This document shows, one piece after another, positions 54,484 to 64,000 of a stretch of 64,000 bases of DNA. The translations under genes and the position numbers were made by a program. The notes beneath the pieces were generated by a model. That model saw only the letters and a program-made list of their open reading frames with translations, had not been told where the DNA came from and ran no database searches. Each line of letters opens with the position of its first letter. The stretch's first letter is position 1. This stretch comes from Octopus vulgaris (taxonomy: Eukaryota), in NCBI GenBank assembly GCA_951406725.2, contig OX597828.1, forward strand, positions 77,128,001 to 77,192,000. The letters are read 5' to 3'.

Positions 54484-54710
54484 AGATTGTTTGCCAACAT
54501 AACATGGCAGTCCTGGTTTAGGACTAATGTTGCTGTAATTTAGCCCCAGGAGACATCGTCTCCAGCTGGCTACACCACACGATCTGTGTCCTTATATTTT
54601 CGAACAAGGGACACAGATCGTGTCGTATAAGGACACAGATTCTCCTGGGGCTAAATTACAGTAACATTAGTCCTAAACCAGGACTGCCATGTTATGTTGG
54701 CAAACAATCT
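54484..54710. repeat. Foldback element with 70-bp inverted arms (54484-54553 / 54641-54710, 1 mismatch) and nested inner inverted repeats
   Basis: Direct comparison of the arms. Confidence 0.9.
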
Positions 54711-55516
54711 GTCCTACAAAGTACTGTTGCTGAATATTTCACGGTGTGAGATTTTAAAATAGTAATTTTCTACTATTTAAAATGTTCCATTTTCGTGCAT
54801 GTAGCATCTAACAGTAGTTTATTCCTTGTATATTCAAACCATTACAATGGTATACATTTCCTTAGTGATTCACCCATCCCAATTACGGTAAATTTTGTGT
54901 AGAGTGCGAGCCTTTGAGGAGGTCAAATAATCCTGAAACATGCCGGGATTTGTCTCCACTACACATTGAAAGATTCAAAGTAACATTAGTTATTGGCTAT
55001 TATTATATTATTTCATCAGCATATAATTGATTAATTGTTTTTCTCCATTAAGCCAGTCAGCGGTAATTCAACCATCTTATTAATTTGGCTTTAGACTCAT
55101 CGATTATATTGATTATTAAAAGTAGTTGTAACTGAAACACCATTAGCCAATGTTGTTGCTGCTGTTGTTGGTGTTGTTATATAACTCAAGGCTATCTCCG
55201 ACCAACACTGCGACTGTGTTATCTAACACGGGTTTCCAAAAGAAAAAGGAAGGTTGCCATTTGAGGTAAATTTGGTTGCCATTTCTAAAAGTTTGGCGAC
55301 TGTTAGAGATACTATTATTGTTACTGTCGTTGTTAGTCATATGTCAGCGCTGGCCAAATAGACTTTCCAGCCATGGCCATCCATGTCATTTTAAACATTA
55401 TTTGGAACTAAGTTATCCATTCTTCGGGGACGCAGTGGTGTGATTTGAGGAATATTTCGGTACTGTTTCTTCGAGATTGTTCAAATATAAGGTGATCCCC
55501 TAGAAGTGACTCTCTC

Positions 55517-55908
55517 TTTTACTTGTTTCAGTAATTTGACTGTGGCCATGCTGGAGCACCGCCTTTTAGTCGAGCAAATCGACTTCAGGATTTATTCTTT
55601 TTAAGCCCAGTACTTATTCTATCGGTCTCTTTTTGCCGAACCGCTAGATTACGGAGACGTAAATACACCAGCATCGGTTGTCAAGCGATGTTGCGGGGAA
55701 CAAACACAGACACACATATACACACACGTACATTATATATACATATATACGACGGGCTTCTTTCAGTTTCCGTCTACCAAATCCATTCACAAGGCTTTGG
55801 TCGACTCAAGGCTATAGTAGAAGAAACTTGCCCAAGGTGCCACGCTGTGGGACTGAACCCAGAACTATGTAGTTGGTAAGCAAGCTACTTACCACACAGC
55901 CACTCCTA
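55517..55908 (-). mobile_element. SINE family A, full length
   Basis: Matches family A from tail to head. Confidence 0.92.
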
Positions 55909-56051
55909 CGCTTACTGTTATTTTACTGTTCAGTAAACACATCCATGACCCGAACCATTCCATCGGTGACCATCCCATTGTTCTACAAAGTATGTAAGAC
56001 TACATAACATAACGAGCCATTAAAGTGTAATTTGAGATTCTTGAGTTTTGC

Positions 56052-56812
<761 letters not shown>

Positions 56813-57924
56813 TCTTGATTTCATAACTATCTTTAGGAAATCAAGCAGTAACTTTCAGATTCCCTTGTTGGCTTCAGTAGCTCCTTCTATGGATTTTTAT
56901 ACGAAAGGTGCTGAAAACTCCCAGAATTGGGGGTAACGCAAAAGGACTGGCTAGAAGCCCAACCTTCAGAGTTATTTACAGGGTTTCGTTGCAATAAGCG
57001 TGTGAATCTGAGAGGAATATGTTGAATAGAAGCATAATCAATTGATCCTCCTGTATTTTCTTTTGCCCATAGCCAGGAACTTTCCAAACTCCCCACATAG
57101 ATGGAAATGCTGAAGTCGTATCAAACATGCCTTTCCATAGACAACCAAAGCATTCCTTATATCCTTCTCTTACAAACTCCAACTTTTGTCCTAATTATAT
57201 GCAATCAATATTAATGAGAATATTTTTTGCTGTTTGTTATTGTTTTTCTTACATCAATATTTTAATTTCTTTTACATTTTATATATGATATTTTATTTCT
57301 TATTTTCTATATTTTATTTCCGTTTTCCATTTTACCGAGATTATATTTTATTTTTAACAAACCAATTTCTCTCGACCATCGCATGGATAGCTACTTAATT
57401 AAGAACGTATAAAGTTTTATGATTTGTGACTTAGCAGCGTGTATGTTTGTGTGTTAGTAATATACACGTACTTGCGTATATATGTGTATGAAAACAGGCG
57501 TCCATATGAGTGAGAAGGAGTGTGTATATGTGTTTGTGTGCGTTTAGATATGCGTATATTTTTTACTGGCCTGGTGTATGTCCTTCTGTATCAGCATCTG
57601 TGTGTGTGTCTCTGTCTTCTCTATGTGCCTCTGTGATTGCATGTGTGTGTGTGTGTGTGTATGTGTGTGTGATTCATTCAACGTTTACCAAATTTTCGGA
57701 TGATCTGCCACTATAATATAATTCCGAACGCTTCGATAAATCAGAAACAATAATGGATAAATGGTGAACGGATCGTAAACTACATACATGCATTCAGCCA
57801 TACATACATGTATCCATATACCTATAAACATACATAACTATATATGTATACATTTATATATATACATACATGTGTATATATTTATACGTATTTATTCACA
57901 CACACATATGTGCGTGTGTATGTT

Positions 57925-57959
<35 letters not shown>

Positions 57960-58048
57960 TCGTACATACAGATTTCCATATACCTGTAAACATATATAAC
58001 TATATATGTATACATTTATATACATATATATTTATGTATATGTATATA

Positions 58049-58087
<39 letters not shown>

Positions 58088-58764
58088 TTGCATGTACAAA
58101 TGCAGATATATACACTTATTCATATATATATATATTCATAGATATGTTCATACACACATGAAAGCATAGCCAAAAACTAGGGATAAGCTTCGACATTCTT
58201 CAATCTATTCAGGTTCTAAGATACATATATACATACATTCACACACACATATATATACTCACACACACACACACACACACACACACGCATATATATCTAT
58301 ATACGCACATATGTTTATACGCATGTACAGATACGTGCATACATAAATGTTTACCTAAATGCACATCCATACATATACGCATTCGTGTAAATGGCAAAGA
58401 ATGAAAGAGAGAACAATGGCGTTGGAAGAACAGAGAGAAAAAACGGAAAGAAATTAAGACGTATTGACCCTTTCCAAACCCGAAATATTTAGAATATAAC
58501 AAATTGTCATTCCTGTTAGCATGATTTCCTTAATGCATTCCATAATTCCATTACCTTATTTACTAAGGTTTTATTTTATTATTGCGCTTTATTTAGGCGA
58601 TTTTTTTTTTTATATATTTAATTGTTTTGTAATAATTTTTATAGGATTTTTAAAAAAATGTTCTATTTGTTGTATCATTCTGACTTTACTGTAGTTGTTT
58701 TTATGTTTTTGTGGTGTAGGGTGTTTGGCAGAAGCAAATAAATATAACAAAGAAAATAATAATG

Positions 58765-58871
<107 letters not shown>

Positions 58872-58898
58872 AATAATAGACTATATACATATATATAA

Positions 58899-58955
<57 letters not shown>

Positions 58956-59243
58956 TTATATGAGATATCTCACTCCTGCAGCCATCATTTTGCATAGCAA
59001 CAAATGAATGAAAGAGAAAGAGAAGAGTAAAGTGAGAGAGAGAGAGAGAGTTAGAGAGAGAGAGAGAGAGAGAAGAAGAGAGAGAGAGGAAGAGATAGAG
59101 AAAAGAGACGAATAGATTTTCAGAGAGAAAGAGTGACATGTGCGGTTGATATATTTATGTGTTACACTAAAAAAATTAATAATAATGATAATAATAATAA
59201 TAATAATGATAATAATAATAATGATAATAATAAGAAGAAGAAG

Positions 59244-59354
<111 letters not shown>

Positions 59355-59544
59355 AAGAAGAAGAATTTCATTTATTTGCCACAAGGGCGAATGATGAGGG
59401 GCACAATAATGAGACAGCCATAAAGTGTTGGGGTTTACATATAATAACGAAATAATAAAAAGGTAACAACGGAAAAAGAAAGTGGTTTATTTCAATTATG
59501 AAAAAATGACAATAATAACAAGACCACAGAGAGAGCGCAACACC

Positions 59545-59745
59545 AAGGTCCTCTCAACGATTGGCGAGAGGTGATTTTTAAAATGAGAATATCTGAAATA
59601 AAGTCGACTGCTCTCATAAACAAGAATACTAAATATGAATCCAACCCCCAAAATTCCTGAAAGTTTCATCCAAATCTATCCAGCGGTTCTTGAGATATCC
59701 TGTCCACGGACAATACCTCCGCCTTCGCTAAGGCAGAGGTAATAA
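59545..59745 (-). mobile_element. Helentron/DINE-1-like non-autonomous element
   Basis: Terminal hairpin TACCTCCGCCTT-CGCT-AAGGCAGAGGTA at 59714-59741. The minus strand continues GATATCTCAAGAACCGCTGGATAGATTTGGATGAAACTTTCAGG, typical of this class (from recall). Confidence 0.6.
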
Positions 59746-59749
59746 TACA

Positions 59750-60182
59750 TTTCATGTGACTGTCCCAATCGACTTATATGTATCTGTTAAAACCCAGCAA
59801 AAACTGAGCAAGAATCAAGATCTTGAAATAGAAATTGGCAATCTGAAGGAATGATAGCAAAAGGGGCTGGTCCCTATCTAGCCCAGATGCAAGGAAACCC
59901 CTAAGTGGCAGATATTCAAAAGATAGTGTTCATGAGATCTGCCCGTATCCTACGTAAAATAGTCGATGTAATCTCAAATTTTAAAACAAACTGATAATTT
60001 TCTTGTTTTCTTAAACATTCTCTAGAACACTACTATGTACAAAACCAAATATATGGCACCCGAGGCATAACACCAACATGAACTTCCAACCCTGTTGTCT
60101 CTTGAGGTCTCTGGGTGAGACTTGGAGCCAACTTGTACAAATACAAAGCAAAAGTCAAAGATAAAATAATAATAATAATAAC

Positions 60183-60255
<73 letters not shown>
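59750..60255 (+). mobile_element. R4/Dong-clade non-LTR element 3' fragment ending in (TAA)n
   Basis: VTVPIDLYVSVKTQQKLSKNQDLEIEI...GMIAKG...IQKIVFMRSARILRKI matches the restriction-like endonuclease C-terminus. A 3' UTR and (TAA)n follow. Confidence 0.8.
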
Positions 60256-61916
60256 GAATGTGAAGATGGTGCCAATTTATATTGGATCCTTGGAGACAGG
60301 AAAGTATTAGATAGCTGAGAAGAACGGACAGCATGGTACGGTAGGCTGGGGGTGGTAAGCCCGTTACGCGAGCAAGACTGCAGGAGCTGCAACAAAACCT
60401 GTGATAAAGAGAGGATAATAATAAATCTATTGAGGATCATTCTGATATTAATGGTGAAAAATACTCATGATTGTGATGGATGAAAAATTACGAAATAAAC
60501 GATAGCAAACTGATAATGATTTGTATTAGACTTCTGTTGCTGGTGATGATGATAATGGTGATGAGGGGCAGGTGGAGAAAGAGGACGACGACGAAGAGGA
60601 GGAGAAGTATGACTTTAAAATCGATAAGGTTTTGTTATGGAGATGGTAGGAATGTAAGACTGATAGATTCGATAATACAGTTGATGATAATAATGATAAT
60701 TATAATGACGAATTTAGTTATAACTAAGATAGGGGGGACAGGCAAGAACTGTTTTCCCCAATGTTAGAGATTGATAGTGATGAGATTGGATCCCTACACT
60801 TTAGGGTCCAACTCCCCCAACCATCCAATATGTACCCTTTACTTTCTCATTGCTCATCCATGAGCCGTTTTGTCCGTTCCAAATATTTCCATAAGTTTAT
60901 TAACTCCCATGATTGTTTTTTCAGATTTTTAGTTGGCCCCTGTTTAATAGAAATTTTTCGTTTCGTTAGTTTTTAGATATTCTTGCTTTTGTCAAATAAC
61001 GGCGAATGTGTGTCGTATTTGAAGCATGGGACACCAGGGAAAACTCACGATACACAGAACAAGCAAAGTGTTAACATTGACAAGAGACGCTAAAAATATT
61101 CGTTTAGAGAAGCCGAATATTCATGTAAATATCTAATGTTGAATGATACAAATACGAATTGAACAAACCCAGCACTAACGCGCGATCCATATAAAGAAAA
61201 ATAACAAGAAAACAAGCAAAAAAATGTCTTGTAAGAAAATTCTCGCATGTCAACGTCCAGCCGAGCAGAAGTATGTTGTTATTACTATGCATATCTTTCC
61301 TCAATCAATTCATCCATCGATTTTTAGTCTGTCACCGCAGTCATCATCCGTTTGAGCTGAGGTTGTCTTGACCAGCAATTGCTCATCTTCATTCATAATG
61401 TGATTTATTCCAGTCTCAGGACATCTTTAAATATTCCCATTTCGCTGACATCCGATGTCTGTTCATGTTTCACACTCGGTGGACATTAACCAGAAGCTTT
61501 AGAAAAAAAGGACGCACCACCAGTTCCGCACGGAAACGAATAAATCGCTTCCCAGCACAGAGTGCGCCAGACATTTGTCTCCACTTCAACTGGACAGCAT
61601 TCACAATTCATTTATTTTTTGATTAATAATTAATAATTAATGATTGATAATTAACAATTAATAAGTCATTAATATTTAATCAATTTGATGAACTAATTTC
61701 GTTTCAAAATTTCTACATTATATCTGGATGTTTTCAAGATATCCTTGCTACTACTGCTTCTGCTGCTGTTTGTGATGTTGTTGCTGTTGTTGTCGCTGCT
61801 GCTGTTGCTGCTGCTGTTATTGCTATTCATAGCAAATTATTTGGTTATTGCTAATTATTATCAATAGAAATATCCGCAGTATGATCCGATATCTGACGTA
61901 CACATGCGTATGTAGG

Positions 61917-62066
<150 letters not shown>

Positions 62067-62084
62067 TGTTTTTATTATGGCCAC

Positions 62085-62935
62085 ACATGGCTAAACACAG
62101 AAAATAGACGAAATACAATGTAGAGTTTTTCTTTTCGAGGTGAGATGGGTGGGACACATAAAAGAAAAAGTCCAATCAATAGGAATCGTTGGGCTGTGTT
62201 ATGTACAAAAAAGGAAAGACATAAATATATATATAAAGTTCCAAAAAAGTGGGGACGATATTGTTTACAGTTTAGGTGTAGCCTTGGAAAGAAAAACCTA
62301 CAAAAAAGACCAAGGTCACCTCAGGCAGTTCAAAATGTCCATAAGAGTAAGAACTTTTCCTCTCGTTTTCTCTTTTTGTTACAGATTTATGCTTAAAATG
62401 GTCTCGTCTTTTATACTGACCATTCTTGCCACATTTACCCATTTTTTTATTGAAACTTTCATTCAACAATACTTTCCTCTCTATTCTCATCCTCCTTTTC
62501 AAGTGGTACTTGAAAAAGTTGAGAGACTGACCAGAGAGGAAAGTGTTTGTTTGTAGGCCTTTCAAACGCATTCTTTCGCCATAGCTGTCAGTGTTACGAA
62601 AAACGTTTTTCCTACCCGTTTAAAGGAAGGTTGCGGAACAATATTCACGATAGACTCGGTTGATAAGCGGACCCGTCCCACACGCGACACCAGCTGTTCG
62701 ACGAAGGTCCACAGCTCTGAAATATCTGGACACTGCACGACTGCGTGCAGAACGGTTTCGTCGCTCTGACCGCATCTCGGGTACGTCGGTCCGGTGGTCT
62801 TCGAACCGTGTCTGTAGCTCTTCTCTCGAACTGGTAGTGCGTCTCGATAGCATTGCCAAGCCTTCAAAGTAAGAGAATGCCCTGGTAGCGCTCTAGCCAC
62901 TTCGTGAAAGCCTCATAGAGATCCTCCAAAGAGAA
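62085..62935 (-). pseudogene. Tx1/L1-like LINE ORF2 C-terminus (zf-RVT) plus 3' UTR
   Basis: AWQCYRDALPVREKSYRHG...PRCGQSDETVLHAVVQCPDISELW...FFKYHLKRRMRIER, with stops and frameshifts. Confidence 0.82.
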
Positions 62936-62939
62936 GGTT

Positions 62940-63700
62940 CTAGGACACTTTATCTTCAAAATGATTGCCCTGGCGTCCACTTTTAGCTTGGGGTGTAGCC
63001 ATAATTATCAGAAGGAAGATCTGGACTGTAGGGAGTTCGGATAATTGTTTTGATGCCTCTTTCTATCAAGTATTTGGTTAACCGAATGCTTCTCACTAAG
63101 ATTCCTGTGATCAAATTTTACACATATTTTACGAATGTTCTTCATGAATAATTCTGTGTACACAATCTCCAAACTGTATGCTTAATATCTTTATACGCAC
63201 ACGTCGGTTTTCGTATTTTCTCAAATAGATTTGATGATTAGACATTCCTCTCTCTCTCCTACACCTCTCTTCATTTCTTACTTCTCCATCGCCCTTGAAC
63301 CTCTTGTGCCAGCGAAAAAGTTAATCCATAAGTATTCTGGAACTTTCCATAAGTTTCTGTAACGTTTTAGCCCAGTTTAAATACGAAACTTTTTGCACAG
63401 CAAGTTCCCGAACGTTCAGACTTCATTCTGCAGTATTTAGTAGGTTTTATTCTATGTATTGTAACAGCTGTCTCCTTCAATAACAAAACTTTGCAGTTCA
63501 GCTTATTAAATGTGTAGAAATGATATACTAAAATTTTAATAATCAAGGACTGTTAAAACCGCCTCTTCAAAAGAGATCTCAAAACTTCCGTCATTCACCT
63601 TGTTTCTATCACCACTATTCTTCAACAAACTTCACAGAAATATCGTTTCATTTCACTATAAATAATTCCGCACGCATCTGATATTTCCTAGTCACCCTAC
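62940..63700 (-). pseudogene. Very decayed mariner transposase remnant
   Basis: The minus strand encodes PYSPDLPSD near 63005-63035 and ELAVQKVSYLNW near 63372-63408, in the order expected for mariner. Confidence 0.55.
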
Positions 63701-64000
63701 ATATATTATTTGATTGCTAAAAACAAACCAGCAAATCACAAGATACTGCTCCGGTCTCAGAGACAGCATTGTTGCTGTCACTGCTAAACACACGCACTCA
63801 CAAATAAACGCATATCTCTGATGACATCATAAAGTCCTCCAACAGAGTGACAAGCAACTGACTCATTGCAATGTTCGACACGTGACGCACTGTCCTCTTC
63901 TCTATTTCCCGATAAGAGCAATGGCTACTTTTACCACATACACACATAAATCCACCCGCTTATACCCGCTTCTTATCCAAACATCACCAGTTCTATGTCT

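Overview
AT-rich, microsatellite-saturated eukaryotic DNA, intergenic or intronic. The repeat landscape suggests an octopus (coleoid cephalopod) genome, but that is inference from repeat style. I found no host protein-coding exon; almost all ORFs in the track are translations of (TA)n, (TG)n, (GATA)n, (TAA)n or (GAA)n. Recognisable content: one full-length but frameshifted mariner (25086-26392), two decayed mariners, a Tc1 fragment, LINE remnants (CR1-like, Tx1/L1-like, RTE, R4/Dong), several tRNA-derived SINE families, MITE/Helentron-like elements and a local duplication. The most notable signal is a set of short non-coding inserts sitting in (TA)n/(TG)n microsatellites that carry minimal type I hammerhead ribozyme motifs with palindromic stem III. 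Five are clear and four are variant or degenerate, from several unrelated families, and three lie within tails-out inverted repeats. This architecture matches Penelope-like element terminal repeats (pLTRs) with no ORF. All folds were paired by eye; no computation was run.
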